Assembly (NCBI GenBank): GCA_040905715.1 | Contig: JBBDRA010000002.1 | Span: 3,746 to 67,745 of the forward strand | Source of the DNA: Minisyncoccota bacterium | Lineage (GTDB): Bacteria; Patescibacteriota; Minisyncoccia; Phycocordibacterales; CSBR16-193 | Direction: 5' to 3' | DNA: 64,000 bases | Part shown: positions 1 to 8,080 of the stretch, in pieces | How positions within the stretch are numbered: the stretch's first letter is position 1 | Layout: every line of letters begins with the position of its first letter | Translations under genes and position numbers: made by a program | Notes under the pieces: generated by a model | What the model was told of the DNA's origin: nothing | The model's database searches: none | Seen by the model: only the letters and a program-made list of their open reading frames with translations

Positions 1-1043
1 CAAACCCGAGTGAATCCACTAATATCTCCCGCAAAAAACTTCTCCAGTGGGTCGCTAACGGCGAGATCCCGATCCTGATCGGGACACACTCACTTATTCA
101 AGATTCGGTCGAGTTTGAAAACCTAGCCTACGTGATCGTTGACGAACAACACCGCTTCGGCACGCTCCAACGCGCCAAGCTGCGTAAAAAAGACGATGAC
201 GTGTTCCCCCACCTGCTGTCGATGACCGCCACACCGATTCCGCGCACGCTTGCCTTGACCATGTACGGCGACCTCGACCTCACTCTGCTCGATGAGATGC
301 CCAAGGAACGCAAGCAGATCAAAACCGCAGTTGTTCCGCCGACCAAGCGTCAAAATGTTTACGCCAAGATCCACCAAGAGCTCGAGGCTGGCCGGCAACT
401 CTATGTGATCTGCCCGCGCATCGATGAGCCGGATCCTGAACAAGAGCAAGCAATTCTGGCCAAGTCAGTGACCGAGGAAGCCAAGCGGCTTAAGAAAGAT
501 ATCTTTCCCGACTACGAGATAGACATTATGCACAGTAAGATGATCCCTAAAGAGAAGAATGAGGTTATGGAGCAGTTCGATTCAGGCGAGATCGATATCT
601 TAGTTTCGACCTCGGTGGTGGAAGTGGGCGTGAACGTCCCCAACGCCACGATGATCATCATCGAAGGCGCTGAGCGATTCGGGCTGGCGCAACTTCACCA
701 GCTGCGCGGTCGAGTCATGCGATCCTCACACCAATCGTACTGCTTTGTCTTCACCGACTCAGGTTCAAAGAAAACCAAGGATCGTCTTGAAGCGCTGAAA
801 AAAGCCAAGAATGGATTCGAGCTCGCTGAGTACGACCTTGCACAACGCGGCGCCGGCGAGCTGGCCGGCAGAAAACAGTCCGGCATCTCCGACCTTGGCA
901 TGGAAGCGATCAAAAACATAAAGATGGTCGAGGCAGCTCGAGAGGAAGCAAAGACGCTTGTTGAGGCTGATGAAAAACTCAAGCACTATCCGCTACTGCG
1001 TAAACGTATTGCCTCAAAAGGCAGCGACATACATTTCGAATAA
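1..1043 (+). CDS. recG: ATP-dependent DNA helicase RecG, C-terminal portion (5' end lies outside the window)
   Basis: The frame stays open back to position 3 and reads ...IPILIGTHSLIQD...VIVDEQHRFG (helicase motif II). It then gives TATPIPRTL and a C-terminal helicase domain, with stop TAA at 1041-1043. Confidence 0.85.
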   Translation, partial: NPSESTNISRKKLLQWVANGEIPILIGTHSLIQDSVEFENLAYVIVDEQHRFGTLQRAKLRKKDDDVFPHLLSMTATPIPRTLALTMYGDLDLTLLDEMPKERKQIKTAVVPPTKRQNVYAKIHQELEAGRQLYVICPRIDEPDPEQEQAILAKSVTEEAKRLKKDIFPDYEIDIMHSKMIPKEKNEVMEQFDSGEIDILVSTSVVEVGVNVPNATMIIIEGAERFGLAQLHQLRGRVMRSSHQSYCFVFTDSGSKKTKDRLEALKKAKNGFELAEYDLAQRGAGELAGRKQSGISDLGMEAIKNIKMVEAAREEAKTLVEADEKLKHYPLLRKRIASKGSDIHFE

Positions 1044-1108
1044 GAAAACTCATCAACCCGACAGGCTGATGAGTTTCTTAAAACAAAAACTTCTGGCTTC
1101 TATCTTTC

Positions 1109-2185
1109 TTAGAACGTAAACGCGTCTCGAATAAGTGACACGTCGACAGTGTCAATTTTCTGGTCGCTATTGACGTCTAGATTGTGCTCATCAGACAGTT
1201 CATCAAAACCGGTGAACCGCTCTCGGACAGCGTCCAAAAGGATCTCCCGAACACTGTCTTGATCCTCTTCTGAGAGTGAGTCAAAGTCAGTGATCAAGCC
1301 TACGTCTACAATGTTGACCTTTCCGTCTTCGTTAAGGTCATAGTCCATCTCCGGCTGATCAGGATCGAGGTTAAAACCGGTCTGATTGTCTCTGATCTCT
1401 TGGGCGATGGCGTCCTCGATCTCAGAGTCGGATATGTCTTCTTCCTGATCTTCTTCATCAGCGTCATCGTTGTCTTCATTTGTTGCTTCATCTTCATCAT
1501 CATTATTATTCGATGATGTTGTAGAGGCATCCTCTACATCCTCTTTTTCGTTATCTTCTTCGTCATTTGTTGACGTTGCTGTGTCATCGCTGTCATCATC
1601 GTTATTTTCCGACGATGCCGTCTCGCGAAGACAGGTTGCTTGAGCAAGAGCGGCGCGCGTACGCGGACCGATCTGACCAAAGCCGGTTGTTTCAGGAGAA
1701 CCGCTGTCGACAATGCCTTTGGCCTGCTGGAACTTCTGCACTGCCTCTTCGGTTATCGGACCGAAGTATCCGGTCGCTTCCGGATACTCAAAGAATCCCT
1801 GCTCTTTGAGTGATTTCTGAACCTGCTCGACTGTGGTTCCTGCATCACCTGCTCGAAGTGTTCGACCAAGCTCCAAGCACTGCATTACTTGTTTAGCCCG
1901 ATCGCTCGCTTGCTCAGGCAAACGGTCACCGAAACTTGGTGGGCCGGCAGCACCAGGTCGGTTACCCGCACCTTCTTGATCACTGGAGGTGGCATTTTCT
2001 TCCTCATCCGTTTCTTTATTCTGCCGCAACTCCTTGATCTGCTGTTGGATCTGAGTTATTTGATTCCGCAGCTGTTCGATCTGGCCGCTATTGCCCTGTT
2101 GGGCCTGACCGACAACAGGCACACCAATCAGCATTGCAACAACTACCACAAGAGCAAGTTCGGAGAATGTTTTAAATGTACTCAT
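1109..2185 (-). CDS. secreted protein with N-terminal signal/TM, a coiled-coil and acidic low-complexity region, a putative peptidoglycan-binding domain and a C-terminal dockerin-like double Ca-binding repeat
   Basis: Hydrophobic N-terminus ELALVVVVAMLIGVPVVG. A PG_binding_1-like segment reads TVEQVQKSLKEQGFFEYPEATGYFGPITEEAVQKFQQAKGI. The C-terminus holds two repeats, DLNEDGKVNIVDVGLITDF and DVNSDQKIDTVDVSLIRDAF, which match the dockerin DxNxDGxVNxxD pattern. Confidence 0.6.
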   Translation of the reverse strand: MSTFKTFSELALVVVVAMLIGVPVVGQAQQGNSGQIEQLRNQITQIQQQIKELRQNKETDEEENATSSDQEGAGNRPGAAGPPSFGDRLPEQASDRAKQVMQCLELGRTLRAGDAGTTVEQVQKSLKEQGFFEYPEATGYFGPITEEAVQKFQQAKGIVDSGSPETTGFGQIGPRTRAALAQATCLRETASSENNDDDSDDTATSTNDEEDNEKEDVEDASTTSSNNNDDEDEATNEDNDDADEEDQEEDISDSEIEDAIAQEIRDNQTGFNLDPDQPEMDYDLNEDGKVNIVDVGLITDFDSLSEEDQDSVREILLDAVRERFTGFDELSDEHNLDVNSDQKIDTVDVSLIRDAFTF

Positions 2186-2586
2186 ACTATGTATGACAAA
2201 TTACCTCTTAATAAACACAGTAAAGGGGCACCCGCATAACGGATACCCCTTTCCATAAAACTTATTATACACCCCACCACATTTCTAACAAAGATAAATG
2301 TGGACAACTAATATACTGCTTCTATCGCAACACTGATCGGATAGTGTTCCGCTAGAGAAAATACCGACGAAGTTTGATTCCCGCTTCTTTTTCCTATAGT
2401 ATTTTCATATCAGTATGTTTGTGAAAGAAGGTCTTTCAGGACCGAACCTGCCTGCCGGCAGGCAGGTTCGGACGAAATGTTCCGCCCGAGGCGGACCGTT
2501 TCGCTCCTCACTTGCGCCCGTAAGAAAATCTTTCAAACACTGCGTTCCAAGAAAATACAAGCAAGCTTGAATTTTACTTCTCACTT

Positions 2587-2658
2587 GCGCCCGTAGCTCA
2601 ATGGTAGAGCGCGAAGCTTATACCTTCGTGGTTCCCGGTTCGAATCCAGGCGGGCGCA
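2587..2658 (+). tRNA. tRNA with anticodon UAU (putative tRNA-Ile decoding AUA)
   Basis: Folds by hand into a cloverleaf: 7-bp acceptor stem GCGCCCG/CGGGCGC, U8 A9, D-arm GCTC/GAGC, anticodon stem CGAAG/CTTCG with loop CTTATAC (U33, anticodon 34-36 = TAT), T-loop TTCGAAT and discriminator A. There is one C-A mismatch in the T-stem and CCA is not encoded. Confidence 0.7.
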
Positions 2659-2923
2659 CAAAATATGCGAAGCAGATTTTTGGTGTCTGCAAGGAGAGCA
2701 TTTCTGCTCTCCTGTCTGGATGAGAAAGGCGGAGCCATGTCGCACGGAGCGGAGCGAGTACGACGGGCGAGCCCGGCCAGGAGCCCACTTAGCGAATGAA
2801 GACCGAAGGGATGAGTGAGCTTAGTGAGCTGACGGCGAATCCAGGCGGGCGCACCAGACAATAATACAAAACAGCCTTGTGGTTAAACAGGGCTGTTTTT
2901 TGAAACTCTCATAAGACGATCAC

Positions 2924-4888
2924 CTACCCCACATGTCCTCCAACATGTTTAACGTCAGGCACTGCGTCCTCTTCTTTTTTCTTTACTTCAATACCATGGG
3001 CAACCAAGATCTCCTCGAACTCATCACGCTCGATCGTTTCAACTTCTATAAGACGATTGGTGATAACTTCGAGAACTTTTCGATGGTCCGTGAGGACCTG
3101 CTTTGCCTTATCATGAGCCTCGTTAATGATACGTGTCACCTCGGCATCAATTTTCGCATTCACTTCTTCCGAATACTCACTTCCTTCGTCCATACCGTAA
3201 TGAGGTTTGCCATCGTCCATATCATACGCAACCGGACCAAGTGTTTCCGACATACCGTACTTGGTCACCATTGCTCGCGCCGTAGCAGACAGAACCTGGA
3301 GGTCGTTCGATGCCCCGGTTGTAATATCACCGAACACCATTTGCTCGGCAACATATCCACCAAGCGACATCGAGATATCATCCAAAAATTGATTCTTTGA
3401 GTGAAGTCGTCTGTCTTCAAACGGTAACTTCAGCGTATAACCGGCAGCACGACCGCGTGAGATGATCGATATCTTGTGTACCGGATCAGTGTGCGGCAGC
3501 ACACTCGCAACAAGCGCGTGCCCTGCTTCGTGATAGGCCGTGATCTTTTTCTCACGCATCGAGAGAACATGGCTTCGCCGCTCCGGACCAAGCATCACCT
3601 TCTCGATCGAACGGATCAGATCAAACTGAGAGATGTGGTTACGGGTCTCTCGAGCAGCAAGGATCGCCGCTTCATTGACCAAGCTGTAAAGATCAGCACC
3701 GGAGAAACCGGGGGTTCGCTGTGCAATAACCTCGAAATCAACATCTTCGGCCAACGGCTTCTTCTGAGCGTGCACATTAAGGATCGCTTTTCGGTCGCTT
3801 TTGTCCGGCAGATCGATCGTAACTCGGCGATCGAAACGACCCGGGCGAAGTAATGCAGGGTCAAGCACGTCCGGTCGGTTCGTTGCAGCCATGACGATAA
3901 CTTTTTCATTTGGCTCAAACCCGTCCATCTCTACTAAGATCTGGTTGAGGGTTTGCTCCCGCTCGTCATTGCCACCACCCATTCCCGATCCACGCACCCG
4001 ACCAATAGCATCGATCTCATCCACAAAAATAATAGCCGGCGCAGCTTGCTTGGCCATCTTAAAGAGATCGCGTACTCGACTTGCTCCAACACCAACGAAC
4101 ATCTCAACAAACTCCGAACCAGAGATAGAGAAGAATGCTACGCCCGCCTCACCGGCAACAGCGCGGGCAAGCAAGGTTTTTCCGGTGCCCGGAGCACCCA
4201 TCAACATCACACCCTTGGGTATCTTTGCGCCGATCTTAAGAAACTTTTTCGGATTCTTCAGGAAGTCTACGATCTCAGACAACTCTTCTTTTGCCTCCTT
4301 CGCACCGGCCACATCTTTGAATCTGACTCGTTGTCCCTTGTCATCAGGGGAGGTCATACGCGCCTTTGACTGACCGAACGTGAATGCCTGCATCCCCGCT
4401 CCTTTCACTTGTCGCATAATAAACCAGAGAAAGATGACGATGAAAATAAGCGGGATCAAAAACGGCGCCAGGTTCATAAGCCAAAATCCAAGCCCGCCTT
4501 CCCGCTCTACTTCTATATCCACAACGGAAAGCTGCTCCGAAGAGATGTCGTAATTTCGAAATGTCTCGGAAAGCGCTGCGTCTGCTTCTTTCTGAGCGGT
4601 CTTCTTATCGCCATCGGCGTACTCAATAGCCAGGTCGTTCCCATCTATGGTAATGCCGGCGACCTGCCCGTCTCGTATGTCTTCCATGAGTTCAGAAATA
4701 GTGATCGATTCAGGCCCTTCTTGCTGATCGATCACGAACGAATACGCTGCGATAAGCAATACAAAGACCAGCAATGTCGTGAGTAAATTCACCCAAAACG
4801 GTCGTTTCGGTGCGCCGCTCCCCTTCATTGAGATCTTAACGTTTTTCTTGTCTCCCCCTTCATTATTGTCGTTTCCAAATAGTGCCAT
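2924..4888 (-). CDS. ftsH: ATP-dependent zinc metalloprotease FtsH
   Basis: N-terminal TM segments, AAA+ Walker [29 protein letters not shown], second region of homology, and zinc-binding HEAGHALV in the C-terminal M41 protease domain. Confidence 0.95.
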   Translation of the reverse strand: MALFGNDNNEGGDKKNVKISMKGSGAPKRPFWVNLLTTLLVFVLLIAAYSFVIDQQEGPESITISELMEDIRDGQVAGITIDGNDLAIEYADGDKKTAQKEADAALSETFRNYDISSEQLSVVDIEVEREGGLGFWLMNLAPFLIPLIFIVIFLWFIMRQVKGAGMQAFTFGQSKARMTSPDDKGQRVRFKDVAGAKEAKEELSEIVDFLKNPKKFLKIGAKIPKGVMLMGAPGTGKTLLARAVAGEAGVAFFSISGSEFVEMFVGVGASRVRDLFKMAKQAAPAIIFVDEIDAIGRVRGSGMGGGNDEREQTLNQILVEMDGFEPNEKVIVMAATNRPDVLDPALLRPGRFDRRVTIDLPDKSDRKAILNVHAQKKPLAEDVDFEVIAQRTPGFSGADLYSLVNEAAILAARETRNHISQFDLIRSIEKVMLGPERRSHVLSMREKKITAYHEAGHALVASVLPHTDPVHKISIISRGRAAGYTLKLPFEDRRLHSKNQFLDDISMSLGGYVAEQMVFGDITTGASNDLQVLSATARAMVTKYGMSETLGPVAYDMDDGKPHYGMDEGSEYSEEVNAKIDAEVTRIINEAHDKAKQVLTDHRKVLEVITNRLIEVETIERDEFEEILVAHGIEVKKKEEDAVPDVKHVGGHVG

Positions 4889-5041
4889 AAGAAATTATTA
4901 TACATAGAAAGTCGGTGTTTTACTAGCAAAACACCGATATAACTTGCTCTTTTCCTCAATTTGCCCAGAAGCCTTCTCATTCAAAACAATGCCATAAAGC
5001 ACATAATTATCAAGTGGCGCATTTTCTGCTATGCTTCCCTC

Positions 5042-5485
5042 ATGGCCTTGATCCAGAATAAGAAATTTCATCTTAACTTTGAAGCTCAAGAAACGTTTGA
5101 GGCGGGCATTGAACTCTTCGGCTTCGAAGTTAAATCGGTCCGCAACAAACTCGGCTCACTCGATGGCGCATATGTCATTGTCCGTGGTGGCGAGGCGTAT
5201 TTAGTGAACACATATATACCTCCCTACCAGCCGGCAAATTCCCCAGATGACTATGATCCGTATCGAACCCGACGCCTTCTTTTGAAAAAAAAGGAGATCG
5301 CGGAATTAGCCGGAGCAGAGCAACAAAAGCGATTGACAATCGTACCGAAATCGATGTATAATAGTCGAGGAAAGATCAAGGTTGAGATCGCGATCGCACA
5401 AGGAAAGAAAAAGTACGACAAGCGTGAAGACATCAAAAAGCGTGATATGAAGCGAGATGTAGAGCGCGACCTTAGAGACCTGTAG
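5042..5485 (+). CDS. smpB: SsrA-binding protein SmpB
   Basis: Reads ...NKKFHLNFEAQETFEAGIELFGFEVKSVRNKLGSLDGAYVIVRGGEAYLVNTYIPPYQ, with a tmRNA gene immediately downstream. The open frame begins at 4961; start chosen at the internal Met at 5042 to give a ~147 aa product. Confidence 0.85.
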   Translation: MALIQNKKFHLNFEAQETFEAGIELFGFEVKSVRNKLGSLDGAYVIVRGGEAYLVNTYIPPYQPANSPDDYDPYRTRRLLLKKKEIAELAGAEQQKRLTIVPKSMYNSRGKIKVEIAIAQGKKKYDKREDIKKRDMKRDVERDLRDL

Positions 5486-5519
5486 TTATTTGAAAACTGA
5501 ATAGACGTTATTTTCATAC

Positions 5520-5970
5520 GGGGATGCCAGGCATCGACAGGGTTTGGCCTCTGGTATGTGCAAAGCAGAGGGTGCGAACTTCCTCTTAAATCCGCTCGCG
5601 TCTCTACGTGCAGACAAAACAGCACAAAAGGCAAAGTCTATCGTCTCACCATTCTTTGGTCAGAACGACTTTGCTTTCAGTTACGCTACAGCCTAACTCC
5701 GACGTCATGTCGGAGTCCCGACCTTCGCGTCGGGGCTGACGTCTACGATCTTGATATCTGATAGAGATCCGTAGGCGGTATAACCATCAGGTTCGGTTCA
5801 GCCAGTCGTCTCATGGTCGGACTTAAACAACGGGACTCGGTATCAGTAGATTTTGTCTATTTCATACTACTGATCACTTAAATCGCCTATTGGCGAATGG
5901 AGATAGACTACGCTTTGTAGACTCATATCAGACCACTCCTTGCACGTGGGTTCAACTCCCACCATCTCCA
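5520..5970 (+). ncRNA. ssrA: tmRNA (ssrA)
   Basis: 5' end GGGGATGCCAGGCATCGACAGGG matches the canonical GGGGNUG...UUCGACGGG. 3' end GTGGGTTCAACTCCCACCATCTCCA gives a T-arm plus an acceptor 3' strand CATCTCC that pairs with the 5' GGGGATG. It lies directly downstream of smpB. A candidate tag frame at 5610-5696 ends ...NDFAFSYATA-TAA. Confidence 0.85.
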
Positions 5971-5982
5971 CTCGACTCCGTA

Positions 5983-6013
5983 AACCCGCACTTTAGTAAA
6001 AGTGCGGGTTTTA
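5983..6013 (+). terminator. rho-independent terminator after tmRNA
   Basis: Hairpin AACCCGCACT-ttagtaaa-AGTGCGGGTT followed by TTTT. Confidence 0.6.
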
Positions 6014-6016
6014 CTT

Positions 6017-6066
6017 CGCTCGTGGCAAGCCACTCGACTCCGTAAACCCGACTAAGGAGTCGAGTG
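6017..6066 (+). repeat. direct repeat copy of tmRNA 3'-terminal sequence (CCACTCGACTCCGTAAACCCG) plus a hairpin
   Basis: 21 nt at 6030-6050 are identical to 5968-5988 at the tmRNA 3' end. They are followed by the inverted repeat CACTCGACTCC...GGAGTCGAGTG. Confidence 0.7.
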
Positions 6067-6105
6067 CCCTGAGCGAGGTGACGAGTCGAACGGGCCTGTT
6101 ACAAT

Positions 6106-6375
6106 ATGTTTATGTATTACATCTATATGGCACGAAATAAAACAAATTATCTTTACGTCGGTATGACCGACAATCCACACCGGCGACTTACGGAGCATAA
6201 CAACGGTAGCGGTTCCATCCATACTAAATCAGGAAGATTTTCCCTAGTTTTTATTGAAGAACACCAGACATTAGAGAAAGCCCGCCAGCGTGAAATACAA
6301 ATCAAAAAGTGGACGCGTGACAAAAAAGAGAAACTTATCACTCGATACAAACAAGGTCTCCCGACCAGACCATAG
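6106..6375 (+). CDS. small GIY-YIG nuclease family protein
   Basis: YIYMARNKTNYLYVGMTDNPHRRLTEHN contains the GIY...YIG core with the conserved Arg and Glu (GIY-YIG/URI domain). The gene is flanked by repeats of the tmRNA 3' end. Confidence 0.75.
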   Translation: MFMYYIYMARNKTNYLYVGMTDNPHRRLTEHNNGSGSIHTKSGRFSLVFIEEHQTLEKARQREIQIKKWTRDKKEKLITRYKQGLPTRP

Positions 6376-6446
6376 TCAACTTTAATCCAAACCTGTCTTT
6401 TGCGAATACATGGAGCAAAAAACGTAGTGACTGCGGGATCACTCCG

Positions 6447-6517
6447 CCCATCTCCACTCGATTCGACCTCGCACAGATCGGCCTCACTCGTGGTAAACCA
6501 CCTCGACTCCGTAAAAC
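6447..6517 (+). repeat. second degenerate copy of the tmRNA 3' end / att-like repeat
   Basis: CCATCTCCACTCGA at 6448-6461 matches 5962-5975 of the tmRNA. CACTCGTGGTAAACCACCTCGACTCCGTAAAAC at 6485-6517 matches 6017-6049. Confidence 0.65.
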
Positions 6518-6551
6518 AAGCTATGGAGCTAACTCTATAACAACTCTATTA

Positions 6552-7445
6552 TTAGTGCTCGTGACCGTGCCCCTCTTCCTCATGAGCATGATCGTCGTGC
6601 TCGTCGTCATACTCATGTATTTCTTCATCATGAAATTCCTCTTCCTCATGACTGTGATCATGTCCATGCAAATCTCCCTCTTCCCCATGGGAATGCACAG
6701 CAACCTGGTTAACTCCGAACATCAGAACTAACCCGACCAAAAACCATACGAGGTGTTGTCCGTGCTGAGTTTTTGTTTGTGAACTACGTACTGAATGCGG
6801 AATAAGATCAAAGAAAACCACGACCAGAAACGCTCCGGCGGCAATTCCCAAGACCGGTGTCTCAAGAACAGCAAAAAGATCCAACAGCAATATACCGCCG
6901 ATCGAACCAACCAGAATAGTGGAAGAAATGGCAAAATTAATACTAATTGCCTTCACAACTGAATAGCCGGCCTGGCGAAGTACGAAAAATTCAGAAACCT
7001 CCTGGACCAACTCGTGAACAAAAATACTGATCGCCGTGATCACCCCTAACGCCGAACTTACGGTGAAGGCTACTGCCAGAAGCACACCGTCACCTAGGTT
7101 ATGGATCGCATCACCCATAAGGATGCGACGCGCGTCGACCCTGGTGTGACTATGGGTTTCTTCATGTTCATCATGGTGGTGGTGAAAGACCGGCAGAAGC
7201 CAGAAGACAAACCAGATACCGATGGCCCCGACTGCAACCCAAAACAATCCTGAAAAGAGATTCGTAGCGACATGCAGGGTTTCATTAACTAATTCATACG
7301 AAACCACCAAAAACACACCGGCGGAAAAACTCACCAAAAACCGTAAATTCTTCTCGATAAACCACCCCGCACGGTTCCATATCGCCAACACACCGGTGAG
7401 CGAAGCGGCCATAACCAATAATGAATATATAAATACCTCAAACAT
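6552..7445 (-). CDS. zupT: ZIP-family (ZupT-like) divalent metal transporter with C-terminal His/Asp/Glu-rich tail
   Basis: Multiple TM helices, HNLGDGV and FVHELVQEVSEF ZIP signatures, and a C-terminal tail HSHGEEGDLHGHDHSHEEEEFHDEEIHEYDDEHDDHAHEEEGHGHEH. Start chosen at 7445 (MFEVF...), which has GAGGT upstream; the open frame extends to 7613. Confidence 0.7.
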   Translation of the reverse strand: MFEVFIYSLLVMAASLTGVLAIWNRAGWFIEKNLRFLVSFSAGVFLVVSYELVNETLHVATNLFSGLFWVAVGAIGIWFVFWLLPVFHHHHDEHEETHSHTRVDARRILMGDAIHNLGDGVLLAVAFTVSSALGVITAISIFVHELVQEVSEFFVLRQAGYSVVKAISINFAISSTILVGSIGGILLLDLFAVLETPVLGIAAGAFLVVVFFDLIPHSVRSSQTKTQHGQHLVWFLVGLVLMFGVNQVAVHSHGEEGDLHGHDHSHEEEEFHDEEIHEYDDEHDDHAHEEEGHGHEH

Positions 7446-7552
7446 TATAAGTACTATAGCGCATTTCCACATCCTGACCAATAGCTGCGATTTATATGAT
7501 ATGATGCACGCCAATATGTCATCTGTGCACAGTCGCATATTAACTAAATAGC

Positions 7553-8080
7553 ATGGACGCATTGCAACGCATCTATAACTCATTTTGGCAGTGGTATGAG
7601 CGGCATTACACACTTAACGTTACTATCGCTGCTATTCTATTTACTATTCAGATCATTCACCTGATCTGGCTGTATGGCGACGTTATTATGGTGCGCCTTG
7701 GTTATGACGCACTGTTCCACGTTCACGAAGGTTTCTGGCACTACGTGATCGTATTTGTTGACTACACCGAGATACCAGCCATCCTGTCAACATCGCTTAT
7801 TTTCATTAACGGACTGCGTGAAAAATTTAATGGACGCGACCTGCTGTACCTTGTCCTCATCAATTCTCAATGGCTCCACCTGTTCTGGATCACCGACGAG
7901 TTTGTGGTTCAAGAACTGACCGGTGCTGGCACCACCTTGCCTACTTGGTTGGCCTGGTTCGCTATTCTAATTGATTATGCCGAACTGCCGGTCATCTACG
8001 CCACGATCAAAGAAGCCATCAGCTCCTATCGAGAGAAGGGTATAAAAGGATCGTTGGAAGTGATCCGTGAGAGCAATTAA
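7553..8080 (+). CDS. hypothetical integral membrane protein
   Basis: 175 aa ORF with 4-5 hydrophobic helices (IAAILFTIQIIHLIWLY, WHYVIVFVDYTEIPAIL, LAWFAILIDYAELPVIYA). No motif recognised. Confidence 0.45.
   Translation: MDALQRIYNSFWQWYERHYTLNVTIAAILFTIQIIHLIWLYGDVIMVRLGYDALFHVHEGFWHYVIVFVDYTEIPAILSTSLIFINGLREKFNGRDLLYLVLINSQWLHLFWITDEFVVQELTGAGTTLPTWLAWFAILIDYAELPVIYATIKEAISSYREKGIKGSLEVIRESN

Noticed and set aside
2114-2185. N-terminus of the dockerin protein (KTFSELALVVVVAMLIG) as a type IV prepilin signal
   Set aside because: It lacks the Gly at -1 and the Glu at +5 of the GFTLIE consensus. More likely an ordinary signal peptide.
2598-2861. 87-aa minus-strand ORF
   Set aside because: Lies antisense across the tRNA gene and its flanking repeats. 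No coding signal.
6552-6700. His/Glu-rich repeat at the ZupT C-terminus as a separate metallochaperone gene
   Set aside because: It is in frame and continuous with the ZIP transporter. Treated as a metal-binding tail.
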